64,000 nt of DNA from Candidatus Woesearchaeota archaeon (GTDB lineage: Archaea > Nanobdellota > Nanobdellia > Pacearchaeales > GW2011-AR1): contig CAZXHH010000002.1 of NCBI GenBank assembly GCA_964639615.1, positions 8,290 through 72,289 of the forward strand. The letters are read 5' to 3'. Each line of letters begins with the position of its first letter. The first letter of the stretch is position 1. This document shows, piece after piece, positions 1 through 9,156 of this stretch. The position numbers and the translations under genes were made by a program. A model generated the notes under the pieces. It had not been told where the DNA came from. It worked only from the letters and a program-made list of their open reading frames with translations, and searched no databases.

Positions 1-110
1 ACATTGTTCAACCAATAATTTTAACCGATTAATGAATTTACTGATAGCTATTTTTCTTTAATTGTTCTTTTTTCACTAAGTTTATAAATTCTTTTTACTA
101 ATATAAAAAC

Positions 111-1913
111 ATGGCAAAGGGTGATTATAAAATTGAAAATTTATATCTTGGAGGATATTCTACACTTGACCCAAACAAAGCAGGATATTCAAATTCATTT
201 ACAGGTTATAGAACTTCTGCTGGTTCATTAGGATTAACCACAGATCCAAGAACAGCAAATATGATTAAAGATGCATCTGCAAAATTATCTACAGGTGTAA
301 AACAGATTGAACTTACACTAGTCACTCCAGAATTAATGGATTCAATACCAAAACAACAATTTGGAGAGATGAGAGAACTTGCGCAACTTACAGGTTCAGA
401 AGTTTCAGTCCACGGACCAGTTATTGATACTACTGGTATGACTCAGCAAGGATATAGTGAATTAAACAGAGAATTATCAGAGAGAAAAATAACTCAAACA
501 CTATTAAAAAGCCATGAAATAAATCCAAATGGAAATATTCCTGTAACTTTCCATTCAGCTGAAGGAATCTTAAGTTCAGAATGGAAAACTCTTGGAGATG
601 TAGAAGGTAAGAATCAAAGACAAGCAAGAAGAATTATTGCTGTAGATAAAGAATCGGGGAGAATGATTCCATTAGATCATGAACAAAAATATTATCCTAA
701 GGATAGTTTAATTCCAGGTTCAGAAAATGAAGGCACAAAATATACTCCAGAACAAAATTTGCAAATAGCAAATACAAGTACGTGGGATGAAAAAATTTCT
801 CAATTATTTATAAATAAAGAAAGAGCAGATGAAATTCTTGAACAAAATAGACCTCTTATTCAACCATTATTAGCTGAATTAAATGAAAGACAAAAAAGAG
901 GAGAAGACCTTTACAGTGGTTTAACAGATACTCAAAAGATGGTTCTTAGAAGATATCAAGACGCTGAAAATTATCTTGGAGAGATAACTAAACAAGCAAA
1001 CGGAATCTTCAGTAAAGGATACCAATATGGAACAGAAGAACAAAAACAAGCGTTTAGGCATATTTCAGAGGTGTACAAAAACAGAATTAAGGAAGGAGGT
1101 ACAGACCCATTTCATCAATCAATGGCTGTACAAGAATTACTTAGCAATTTACAAAATCCTGCGCTAGCTCCAGAGATGTTTGTTCCAATTGAAAAATGGG
1201 CTTTAGATAAATCTTCAACAACCTTTAGTAACGCTGCGTTTAATGCATTTAAAACATTCAAAAATGATCCAAATAAAACTCCTATGCTTGTTATAGAAAA
1301 TCCTCCTGCAGGATTTGGATTATCAACGGGTGAAGATTTAAAAAATTTAGTTGTTGAGACAAGAGAAAAATTTGTTAAAAAAGCAGTTGAAAATGGTATT
1401 AGTGAAGGACAAGCACAAGATGCTGCAGAAAAATTAATAGGGGCTACTTGGGATGTCGGACATATTAATATGTTAAGAAGATTTGGATTTGGGGATAAAG
1501 ACATAGTAAAAGAAACTGAAAAAGTAGCACCTTATGTAAAGCATGTCCATCTTTCAGATAATTTTGGTTACGAACACACAGAACTTCCAATGGGAATGGG
1601 AAATGTACCTATGAAAGAAATTATGGCAAAACTTGGTGAAGAAGGATTCGAAGGGAAAAAAGTCATAGAAGCATCAACATGGTGGCAACATTTTCAAACT
1701 GCTCCAGTAAGGGAAACTCTTGAAGGATTGGGCTCTCCAATGTATATGAGTGGGAAGGGTCCGTATTGGAATCAATCTGGAGGTTTTGAACAAGGATATT
1801 TATCTGGATTCGGAATGATGCTTCCACAAAATAGCTATCAAACTTTTGGAGCAGGATTCTCACAACTCCCTGCTGAACTTGGTGGAAATAAACAAAATCA
1901 AAGAATGGAATAA
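111..1913 (+). CDS. Xylose-isomerase-like TIM-barrel (sugar phosphate isomerase/epimerase, AP-endonuclease-2 fold) protein with a ~250 aa insertion and a G/Q-rich tail
   Basis: The C-terminal half has the motifs WDVGHIN and HVHLSDN...ELPMGMGNVP, typical of this fold. The N-terminal part has the IELT strand and a VSVHGP (H-x-P) motif. The region between is a long K/E-rich insertion. Confidence 0.5.
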   Translation: MAKGDYKIENLYLGGYSTLDPNKAGYSNSFTGYRTSAGSLGLTTDPRTANMIKDASAKLSTGVKQIELTLVTPELMDSIPKQQFGEMRELAQLTGSEVSVHGPVIDTTGMTQQGYSELNRELSERKITQTLLKSHEINPNGNIPVTFHSAEGILSSEWKTLGDVEGKNQRQARRIIAVDKESGRMIPLDHEQKYYPKDSLIPGSENEGTKYTPEQNLQIANTSTWDEKISQLFINKERADEILEQNRPLIQPLLAELNERQKRGEDLYSGLTDTQKMVLRRYQDAENYLGEITKQANGIFSKGYQYGTEEQKQAFRHISEVYKNRIKEGGTDPFHQSMAVQELLSNLQNPALAPEMFVPIEKWALDKSSTTFSNAAFNAFKTFKNDPNKTPMLVIENPPAGFGLSTGEDLKNLVVETREKFVKKAVENGISEGQAQDAAEKLIGATWDVGHINMLRRFGFGDKDIVKETEKVAPYVKHVHLSDNFGYEHTELPMGMGNVPMKEIMAKLGEEGFEGKKVIEASTWWQHFQTAPVRETLEGLGSPMYMSGKGPYWNQSGGFEQGYLSGFGMMLPQNSYQTFGAGFSQLPAELGGNKQNQRME

Positions 1914-1915
1914 AA

Positions 1916-2749
1916 ATGCAACTAAAAAGAGAGAATAATCAAATAAAGAATGCAGTTCTTTCTGGAATTGAAGAAATTGTAAAAGAACATCCACGATTTG
2001 AAAATTTTCAGCCATTTTTAATTAAACACATTGATGAAAAAAAGTTACAGGATAAATATTCTGAACTGATAAGTGAAGCTCATAAAAAAAATATGACTCA
2101 AAAAGAAGGTGACGCGTATATTTCAAAAGGTATATCTGATTATGTTGCAAGTGGCTCAGTACTGGACGAAAAAGGAAAGCAAATTATACTAAAAAATGGC
2201 TTAGAAGAAAAATCAAAAAACATTTTTCAAAAATTATTAAATAAACCAAAATTTAATGGTGAAAAATATCTAGACAATACAATGGGAGCATTTCAGGATT
2301 TATATGCTCTATTTAAATCTGGAGATTATTCTGCAAGAATGCCTGAATTAACAAAATCTGTAACAAAATTATATGATTTAAATTTCCTAGACCCTGCAAT
2401 AGATGTGCTTAAGGCATACGGTTTAATTGATAAAAGAAAACATGAATTTCTTAAAACACAAGTTTACAAAAAAACAGGTGAAGAGTCACAAAAAGTTGTA
2501 GGAGGAATTGAAAAATATATTACAGCTGCTCCAGAAAAAATTGCAGCATCTGTCATAGGATTCTTTGGATTTGCATTAATTGTTTTAAATTTAACAATCA
2601 CAGGGAAAGTTGTTGGAGGAACTCTTTCAAGTCCATCAACAGGAATTATTGGATTAGCTATGCTATTTTTAGCCTTAGGAGTTTTAATTAAAAAGAAAAA
2701 AGAACCTTTAAAAACTAAAAGATATATACATAATAATAAAAGATGGTGA
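1916..2749 (+). CDS. Hypothetical protein with two C-terminal TM helices
   Basis: 277 aa ORF immediately after the previous stop. The C-terminus (FFGFALIVLNL..., IIGLAMLFLALGVLI) is hydrophobic and followed by a basic tail. Confidence 0.45.
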   Translation: MQLKRENNQIKNAVLSGIEEIVKEHPRFENFQPFLIKHIDEKKLQDKYSELISEAHKKNMTQKEGDAYISKGISDYVASGSVLDEKGKQIILKNGLEEKSKNIFQKLLNKPKFNGEKYLDNTMGAFQDLYALFKSGDYSARMPELTKSVTKLYDLNFLDPAIDVLKAYGLIDKRKHEFLKTQVYKKTGEESQKVVGGIEKYITAAPEKIAASVIGFFGFALIVLNLTITGKVVGGTLSSPSTGIIGLAMLFLALGVLIKKKKEPLKTKRYIHNNKRW

Positions 2750-3594
2750 AGAAAGCTCATAAAAAGAGTGTTGAAAAAAAGCAAGAAGTCTCAAAAGATG
2801 AAAGCAAAATTCCAACCTTAAATATTAAAACTGAAGAAGGAATTGCAATGGACTTTGCGGTTAAGGTTTATAAAAAATTTAACAAAATAGTAAAATCAAT
2901 AATTCTTTTTGGTTCAACAGCAAAGCAAACAGCAGTTTTAGGATCTGATGTAGATATAATGATTTTAATAGATGATGCTTCTATAAAATGGGATCAGGAA
3001 TTAATTGTTTGGTATAGAGAAGAACTTGAAAAAATAGTTGAATCTAGTCCATATAAAAAAGAATTGCATATTAATACAATAAAATTAACAACTTGGTGGG
3101 AAGATTTGATGAGGGGAGACCCTACAATATTAAATATAATAAGATACGGACAGGCTCTTATTGATTATGGTGGATTCTTTAACCCCTTAAAATATCTTTT
3201 AGTAGAAGGGAAGATACATTCTACACCAGAAGCAATTTATGCTTGCCTTCAGAGAGCACCAATGCATCTTGCAAGAAGTAAATCTGCAGAATTGGGGGCA
3301 ATTGAAGGAGTATATTGGACAATGGTAGATTCGGCTCATGCAGCATTAATTGCAGTTAATGCTCCTCCAGCTTCTCCAGAACACATTGCAGGAGAATTAA
3401 AAGTTAATTTTGTAAATTCGGGAAAATTAAAAGTAAAATATGTAGAATGGTTTAGAGAATTAAATTTGCTTCATAAACAAATTAATCACGGGGAAATAAG
3501 TGATTTGAAAGGAATTCAAATTGATGAATGGCAACAAAGAGCAGAAGAATTCTTAGAAACTATGGCTAAACTAGTAAATGACTCAATAAAATAA
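2743..3594 (+). CDS. Pol-beta-superfamily nucleotidyltransferase domain protein
   Basis: Carries the minimal NTase motif hFGSxxxxxxxxxSDVDImIL (ILFGSTAKQTAVLGSDVDIMILID). It overlaps the upstream gene by 7 nt, which suggests an operon. Confidence 0.55.
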   Translation: MVKKAHKKSVEKKQEVSKDESKIPTLNIKTEEGIAMDFAVKVYKKFNKIVKSIILFGSTAKQTAVLGSDVDIMILIDDASIKWDQELIVWYREELEKIVESSPYKKELHINTIKLTTWWEDLMRGDPTILNIIRYGQALIDYGGFFNPLKYLLVEGKIHSTPEAIYACLQRAPMHLARSKSAELGAIEGVYWTMVDSAHAALIAVNAPPASPEHIAGELKVNFVNSGKLKVKYVEWFRELNLLHKQINHGEISDLKGIQIDEWQQRAEEFLETMAKLVNDSIK

Positions 3595-3831
3595 TTATCT
3601 TAATTTATTAAGGTCCATTGTTCTTTTATAATCTAAAAATCTTTCAGTAAGTCTAAATGCTTTTTCATCAAGTTCTTGAGAATAATCTGCTTTTTCAATA
3701 TCTTTTAAGTCACCAGAATAAACTCTTCTATTTGATTGGATATATGGAGTTATAACTTTTCTAAATGGAATTTCATTTCTTATTGAAATTTCCATAATAC
3801 TTCCTAGATGATTAAATAAATTTTTTCCCAT
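3595..3831 (-). CDS. Hypothetical protein (78 aa)
   Basis: Last gene of a tightly packed five-gene minus-strand cluster. No recognisable motif. Confidence 0.4.
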   Translation of the reverse strand: MGKNLFNHLGSIMEISIRNEIPFRKVITPYIQSNRRVYSGDLKDIEKADYSQELDEKAFRLTERFLDYKRTMDLNKLR

Positions 3832-3880
3832 TTTATTCTTTTTAAAAATTTTTTAGTTGCCTTAATTGCAACTAATTTAA

Positions 3881-4177
3881 TTAGTTTTTCTGAATATCTT
3901 CTAAACTTATTGTTTTTTTTTCAAGAGCGTATTTAAGCACTTCTAGAGTCCTATCTTCTAATCTTGAATCATAAATCTTAAAGTTGTTATTGTTTTCATA
4001 TTCTAAATCATAAACTGTTTTGTTAACTCTACTATAAGCATCTAACATTGATTGAATAGAAACATTATTTTCTTTAGCAAGTGTTATCAAATCCTTTACA
4101 ATTGCCCCTTGTTTAGTTGAATAGCTTTCTGTCATTTTATTCTTTATCCTCCTTTCCATCAATTCTGCATCCATCAT
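3881..4177 (-). CDS. Hypothetical protein (98 aa)
   Basis: ORF in the minus-strand cluster. Its start overlaps the upstream ORF by 41 nt. Confidence 0.4.
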   Translation of the reverse strand: MMDAELMERRIKNKMTESYSTKQGAIVKDLITLAKENNVSIQSMLDAYSRVNKTVYDLEYENNNNFKIYDSRLEDRTLEVLKYALEKKTISLEDIQKN

Positions 4178-4322
4178 ATTCTGGATGTTTTTCCATTTCT
4201 TTGTTAAGATTATCTATTCCTGGAGAAATATATTTTGTATATAACTCTTTAGCAGGATAATACATAAGACTAAGACCTAATGCAATTTTTCCTGTCTCTT
4301 TTAAAATATCAGTTAAACTCAT
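4137..4322 (-). CDS. Hypothetical protein (61 aa)
   Basis: Short ORF in the cluster, overlapping its neighbour. Confidence 0.3.
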   Translation of the reverse strand: MSLTDILKETGKIALGLSLMYYPAKELYTKYISPGIDNLNKEMEKHPEYDGCRIDGKEDKE

Positions 4323-4337
4323 TCTATTTTACCTCTT

Positions 4338-4880
4338 TTACTCCTTTTTCTCCTTTTCAGCTAAAATAGATTCTAATCCTTTAGATATTTCTTTTTGTCT
4401 TAAATCAAGTATTTCCTTAACTACTCCATCTGTCTTCATAGTCATAACTGAGCCAATTATCATTCCAGCTTCTTTTTCATCCAACTGATGTACATACTTA
4501 TCTTTATAGCTTTCTTTAATAGCTCCTTTATATCCGTATTTAGATAAGTCTGAAACTTTAAGGCTTCCAATAGATTCAATTAATATCTTTGCAGAAGTAT
4601 TCTGTATGTAAGGGCTTGTAATTGCACCACTTTCATTTGCAAGTTGCGGATAAAATAATTGTTCGTAAATGCTTTGATCAGGTGTTTTCTTAATTATTTC
4701 ATCATAGAAAGACTGGCTAGCATCAGAAAGTTTACCATATTGTTCAAAAGTGATTAGTTTTGGAGCAGCATATTTCCAGAGAGCACTATCTAAATTCTTC
4801 ATAGCTATATCTCTTGCTTTCTCTTCTTTTGATTTTTCTTTAGGTTGCTCTTTTTCTGCCATTTTAATTATGTCCATCAT
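4338..4880 (-). CDS. Hypothetical protein (180 aa, K/E-rich termini)
   Basis: ORF in the cluster. It overlaps the upstream ORF by 17 nt. Confidence 0.45.
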   Translation of the reverse strand: MMDIIKMAEKEQPKEKSKEEKARDIAMKNLDSALWKYAAPKLITFEQYGKLSDASQSFYDEIIKKTPDQSIYEQLFYPQLANESGAITSPYIQNTSAKILIESIGSLKVSDLSKYGYKGAIKESYKDKYVHQLDEKEAGMIIGSVMTMKTDGVVKEILDLRQKEISKGLESILAEKEKKE

Positions 4881-5121
4881 CCATATGTTTAATCATAAAG
4901 TTTTGATAATCTATAAATGTCTTTCCATCAGCAAATCTAAAATAATTCATATCATCAGCATATCTTATAATATCTGCAATTTTATTAAATGTAAGTTCAT
5001 CAATTTTCTGAGCAGTTAAACCTTGCGTTAAATCATGCAAAGTTGCACCTACTTCTTCCTTGCTCATATCTAATTTAACTTTAGTCATTAGATTATGGTT
5101 TATTGATGTCTTGTTTTCCAT
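4864..5121 (-). CDS. Hypothetical protein (85 aa)
   Basis: First ORF of the minus-strand cluster. Confidence 0.4.
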   Translation of the reverse strand: MENKTSINHNLMTKVKLDMSKEEVGATLHDLTQGLTAQKIDELTFNKIADIIRYADDMNYFRFADGKTFIDYQNFMIKHMDDGHN

Positions 5122-5185
5122 ATTTTTTAGTATTCTCCAAACTTTTTAAATCTTTCTATTTTGTTACCATTTAGGAAAAGTGACA

Positions 5186-5213
5186 AAATGACACATTTAT
5201 TGTGTTGTCATTT
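5186..5213 (-). terminator. Hairpin (8 bp stem AAATGACA/TGTCATTT, 12 nt loop) spanning the L10e stop codon, followed by T-tracts on the minus strand
   Basis: The inverted repeat was read directly from the sequence. Its position at the 3' end of L10e suggests a terminator or regulatory site. Confidence 0.25.
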
Positions 5214-5739
5214 CGTATAAAACTCTTGTTGTACAAGGAAGCTTAGCCTTAATTTCCTTGAATGCTCCTCTTGCAACAGCAACTGCTTTAGGGGTAGAAA
5301 CAGCAATGAAAAATATAGGTGCTCCTGCTTTTAATATTGCAGATTTTCCAATACATTTACCAAAAGATAATTGCATTCCTGTCTGCATTCTATCAGCTCC
5401 TGCACCAGTAAGCATTTTGTTTTCTCTTTGAATATGATGTGGGAATGGAACAACTCTAAAAAAGTACTGTCCTGGAAGCGCTTTATCTAGAATTTTGTTA
5501 ATATACTGTCTACAAGCTTCAAGAGAATTATGTCTTATCTGAACATTTTCATTTGTAACTAAAGTCAATTTATGAGGGAATTTTCCTGATTCGTAAGTCT
5601 TTCCTTCACCCATACTAAACTTAACAATTTTCTGAGGAGGAACTACTTTAATATAAGCCCTATTTTTTCTCTTACTTACACGAGTATAAGGAACAACTAT
5701 TCTCTTTGAATATGCATTAGCTTTTCTAAGTGTTGCCAT
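5197..5739 (-). CDS. rpl10e: Ribosomal protein L10e (uL16)
   Basis: Full-length similarity to the archaeal/eukaryotic L10e family (RVVPFPHHIQRENKMLTGAGADRMQTGM...). Confidence 0.9.
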   Translation of the reverse strand: MATLRKANAYSKRIVVPYTRVSKRKNRAYIKVVPPQKIVKFSMGEGKTYESGKFPHKLTLVTNENVQIRHNSLEACRQYINKILDKALPGQYFFRVVPFPHHIQRENKMLTGAGADRMQTGMQLSFGKCIGKSAILKAGAPIFFIAVSTPKAVAVARGAFKEIKAKLPCTTRVLYEMTTQ

Positions 5740-5740
5740 T

Positions 5741-6001
5741 TTACTTTATATCTACCTTTGTTGTTATAGCTTGTCCTGGCAGTCCTCTTTCAAAAATAGC
5801 TCTAACAACTCCTTTATTTCCGTGAGTAGCAGCAATCTTTCCTGCAATTTCTTTTCCAGCAGGAGATTTCCAAATTACATTTTTACCAACAAATTTTTGA
5901 GCATCTTCTTTTTTAGAAACATTTTCAATTTCAATTAAAAAATGTCTTTCACTTATTGTTTTCTTTCCTCTTCTGAATTGTATAACTTTTCCAGCTGTCA
6001 T
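5741..6001 (-). CDS. rpl35ae: Ribosomal protein L35Ae
   Basis: 86 aa protein with the L35Ae pattern (GKVIQFRRGKKT...VGKNVIWKSPAGKEIAGKI...HGNKGVVRAIFERGLPGQA). Confidence 0.85.
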   Translation of the reverse strand: MTAGKVIQFRRGKKTISERHFLIEIENVSKKEDAQKFVGKNVIWKSPAGKEIAGKIAATHGNKGVVRAIFERGLPGQAITTKVDIK

Positions 6002-6089
6002 GAATATTAATCAAGAAAATTAGTTTAAAAACCTTTACTTAATGTTTTTAGACCGAACGAAGTGATGTCTTTAAAGGTTACTCTTATTA

Positions 6090-7187
6090 TTATTTCATCA
6101 AAACAACAATTTCTCTTCCTACAATTTGATCCTCTCTATATTCTTGTATTGGAAATCCATCTTCAACCTTTAGTCCTGTTTTGTCACAGATTTTCATCAA
6201 ATCTGCTGATACTCTTCCATTTCCTGTAGCTATTGAAGGTAAAGTAAGTACAATCTTTCCAGAAATGTTTCCTTTAAGATTTTTTAAACTATCAATCATA
6301 AGATTTTCAAAATTCTTTATCATTTTTTCAGCTTCTTTTCTATCTGGAAATTTTCTTAATGTGCTGCCAAAGTCTGGTTCACTAACCATAACATTAACTG
6401 GACTTATTTTTAATTTAGTTGAGTCTCCTATAATAAGCTTATAATTTTCACGAGCAAATTTAAACCATTCTAAATTCCTTCTTGCACCTTCCCAAGCTTC
6501 AGAATCTTTATCAATTCCTGTTGCTTTTATATCCATATTTAGTGCTTCAATCATAATTACTCCGATTCCACAAAAAGCATCAAGTAAAACTTCTCCCTCT
6601 TTAACTTCTGAAAGATTAATCATTATTTTAGCAAGTCTTGGAGAAATGCTTAAATCTTCTCTTCTTACAGGTTTCTCCATATCTCTCATTTCAAGAGCTT
6701 TATAATTGCATTTTTGAACTATTCTTCCAAATAGATTATTGAATACAAAAAACTCTTCATGAATTAAACCTGATGAAGGACCAACAACTGTTCCCCCAGA
6801 CTGAGTTTTAATCTGACTATCAAACTTTTTTTCAACTGCTCTTAGTCTTTCAGAGTGAAATCTTCTTCTAAGATAATCTGAAACCTTCTGTGTAGCAGGT
6901 GAAAAATCCCAAAGCAGATAATTAAAACTATTCTGAGTACCATAGTATAATGTCTTTTTATCAATATCTTTTACAGGTGAAATAACAATTCCTATGCCGA
7001 TTGTTCCTCCAAGCAAATCAATTGCTCCAGCATCTAAGGGATTTTCAAGTTCAAGCATTAATCCATTATTTACTCTCTCTTCATCCAGAATAACATTATC
7101 TGTCCTCTTTAGATAACTTCTTATCTCCATTCTTGACAAGTCAGGATTTCTCCCCAAAATAAATAAGTATTTCATGCAAAAAATCAT
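6090..7187 (-). CDS. Trm11-like tRNA (guanine-N2) methyltransferase (THUMP + SAM-MTase)
   Basis: The N-terminus KYLFILGRNPDLSRMEI resembles the Trm11 N-terminus. Motif I is LDAFCGIGV and the amino-MTase motif is SEPDFG (a DPPY-like motif). The real start is probably at MKYLF (7175). Confidence 0.6.
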   Translation of the reverse strand: MIFCMKYLFILGRNPDLSRMEIRSYLKRTDNVILDEERVNNGLMLELENPLDAGAIDLLGGTIGIGIVISPVKDIDKKTLYYGTQNSFNYLLWDFSPATQKVSDYLRRRFHSERLRAVEKKFDSQIKTQSGGTVVGPSSGLIHEEFFVFNNLFGRIVQKCNYKALEMRDMEKPVRREDLSISPRLAKIMINLSEVKEGEVLLDAFCGIGVIMIEALNMDIKATGIDKDSEAWEGARRNLEWFKFARENYKLIIGDSTKLKISPVNVMVSEPDFGSTLRKFPDRKEAEKMIKNFENLMIDSLKNLKGNISGKIVLTLPSIATGNGRVSADLMKICDKTGLKVEDGFPIQEYREDQIVGREIVVLMK

Positions 7188-7243
7188 GAACTCCAGTAAA
7201 TAAATCTTTTGTGATATAAATACAGTGAAAACTTTTGGTTATA

Positions 7244-9052
7244 TTACATCAAAACTTCAAACTCACCAAATTCTTTTTTAATAACCTCAAATACTTTTGA
7301 ATCAAATCTAACATCTTTTTTGTCCTTTTGGGCTTCAACTGCTTCAGAAACTTCATTCATATTTGATTCTTCAATCTTATTTGCAACCTTATAGACCTTA
7401 TTTTCTTTAAATAAAAACGATTTATCTGCTGAAATAAGCAACTCTCCTGAACTATCTTTAAATTTAAGGTTCATCTTTCCTTTTTCAAGAGAAACTAAAT
7501 CACATCTCTGTGAAAATTCTATAAGCTCGTTGATTAGCATACCCGCTTCTTTTCTTACATCATCAACTTTATGAGCAGTTAATTTCTTTTTCTTAAAATC
7601 AGCTTTTGCAGTAATCACATTTTTTAAGATTCTCAAATGCTGTTGTGTCATCTTTCCTTTTTTAACAAGTTCTTTCTCAAAATCTGCAACTAATTGTTCT
7701 ACTGATTTCTTCCCAAATATAGCATGAAGCAAATTTAACACATCAGAATAAATTTTTTCAATTGTGTTTCCTTGGGCTTTTTTATCAATTTGTATTCTAA
7801 GTTCTTTCAATCTCTTAAGATAATCTTCAGTTTCCTTAAGCAAAGTGTCAATTTCTGCACCAGAGATTTCTTTTATTTTCTCGTGTTCATAATCTCTCCA
7901 AGTATTAATCACTTTTTCCATAAAGTCAACGTATTTCTTTTCAATCATCTTTGTATCTAAAAATTCTTTTTTGAAATCTCTAACTAATTCTTTTTTAGCA
8001 TTTGGAGGAGGACATCCATTAAGCATCAACAAAGCTTGTGCAGGAGTTGTAACTCCCCAAAATATATTTACAAAAATTTCAGATAATAGTGTTCTCTTGC
8101 TTCTTGGAATTATACCATCTCCCATACTCATAAACATATCAATTGCTTCAGGTGAAGGCTTAAGCTTACCCATTTTAAGAAGAGCTTTCCAAGGCATGAA
8201 TGTTCCTCTATCATAAATTGGAACTCCATCTCTGATAAAAGTAAACATAACAGGATGAGCATCTTTAACTGCTTCCCAGAAATCTGTTAAAAGATAAATT
8301 TGAGGTTCAAGTTTATTATGAACTCCTGCAAGGGCAGATGCTTCACCAACATACTGATAAATAATACTTCTAAGTCTTTCTTTCAATTCAAGTCTTGGCA
8401 TTCTTTTAACATCAGTATCATTAATTATTACAAAAACATCAACATCAGAATCTTTAGTAGCTTCTCCTCTAATTAAACTTCCACCTAAAACATATGAAAC
8501 AACATATTTTTCAAATTTCTGCAACACAAGAGATTTATGAATTTCTGCAACTCTCATAGCACCTAAAATTCCCTTATCATGCAATGGATAAGACATTGCC
8601 ATTGCACTATACAATTCAAATTTCTGATCCATGCAGATTTCCCAAACTTCAGAAGGTGTTTTCAAATGTATCCAGATATCTTCTTTTGATTTTTCAATCT
8701 GTGCAACAATTTCTTTTTTAATTTCAGGAATCTTCTTGTCTTTTTCATCAGGAACTATAATATTAAGATGAACCTTTTTCAAGAGTTTATCAGTCTGTTC
8801 TTTTGTAAGATTGTCTGTCTCTTCCTCAATAAATTCTTTAATTGATTGCGGAGGAAGTATACTTATTGCTTCAATGAACGGATACTTCTTTACAACAAAA
8901 GTTTTAAGTTTTTCAAGCTCTTTTTTTATTTTGTCTCCTTTTTCTTTTTCAGGAGGAGCTTCTGGCATAGGTATTTTTTTAGAAGTATAATTTTTTTCTA
9001 AATTCATTTCAGGAATATTTGTGTCTTCAGCCATAGTAACAAAAATACCCAA
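7244..9052 (-). CDS. Nucleotidyltransferase-domain protein (602 aa; Pol-beta/class-I CCA-like NTase core)
   Basis: The GSxxxGxxxxxSDVDVFV motif (LGGSLIRGEATKDSDVDVFVIIND) lies near residue 200 and is followed by ~380 aa. A K/E-rich N-terminal extension precedes the motif. Confidence 0.55.
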   Translation of the reverse strand: MGIFVTMAEDTNIPEMNLEKNYTSKKIPMPEAPPEKEKGDKIKKELEKLKTFVVKKYPFIEAISILPPQSIKEFIEEETDNLTKEQTDKLLKKVHLNIIVPDEKDKKIPEIKKEIVAQIEKSKEDIWIHLKTPSEVWEICMDQKFELYSAMAMSYPLHDKGILGAMRVAEIHKSLVLQKFEKYVVSYVLGGSLIRGEATKDSDVDVFVIINDTDVKRMPRLELKERLRSIIYQYVGEASALAGVHNKLEPQIYLLTDFWEAVKDAHPVMFTFIRDGVPIYDRGTFMPWKALLKMGKLKPSPEAIDMFMSMGDGIIPRSKRTLLSEIFVNIFWGVTTPAQALLMLNGCPPPNAKKELVRDFKKEFLDTKMIEKKYVDFMEKVINTWRDYEHEKIKEISGAEIDTLLKETEDYLKRLKELRIQIDKKAQGNTIEKIYSDVLNLLHAIFGKKSVEQLVADFEKELVKKGKMTQQHLRILKNVITAKADFKKKKLTAHKVDDVRKEAGMLINELIEFSQRCDLVSLEKGKMNLKFKDSSGELLISADKSFLFKENKVYKVANKIEESNMNEVSEAVEAQKDKKDVRFDSKVFEVIKKEFGEFEVLM

Positions 9053-9156
9053 TCACTTTTAAATGTTTGGTAATAATCTAAGTAAAATGCTTCATAATTT
9101 AAGAACAAAAAATATTAAACAAAATCTTTAAAAATCATCTTTCTTTATTTTATATT

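Noticed and set aside
430-627. Antisense ORFs inside strong genes. Examples are 430-627(-), 1115-1504(-), 1663-1863(-), 2464-2784(-), 7772-8216(+), 18837-19208(+), 22508-22990(-), 25224-25787(-), 26205-26558(-), 44832-45161(+), 50155-50976(-) and 56414-56668(+).
   Set aside because: They overlap, on the opposite strand, genes with clear conserved motifs. Their composition is low-complexity Leu/Phe/Ser-rich, typical of AT-rich antisense frames, so they are spurious.
4750-5019. 89 aa plus-strand ORF overlapping two minus-strand cluster genes.
   Set aside because: It is antisense to better-supported overlapping ORFs and has an Ile/Phe/Ser-rich low-complexity composition.
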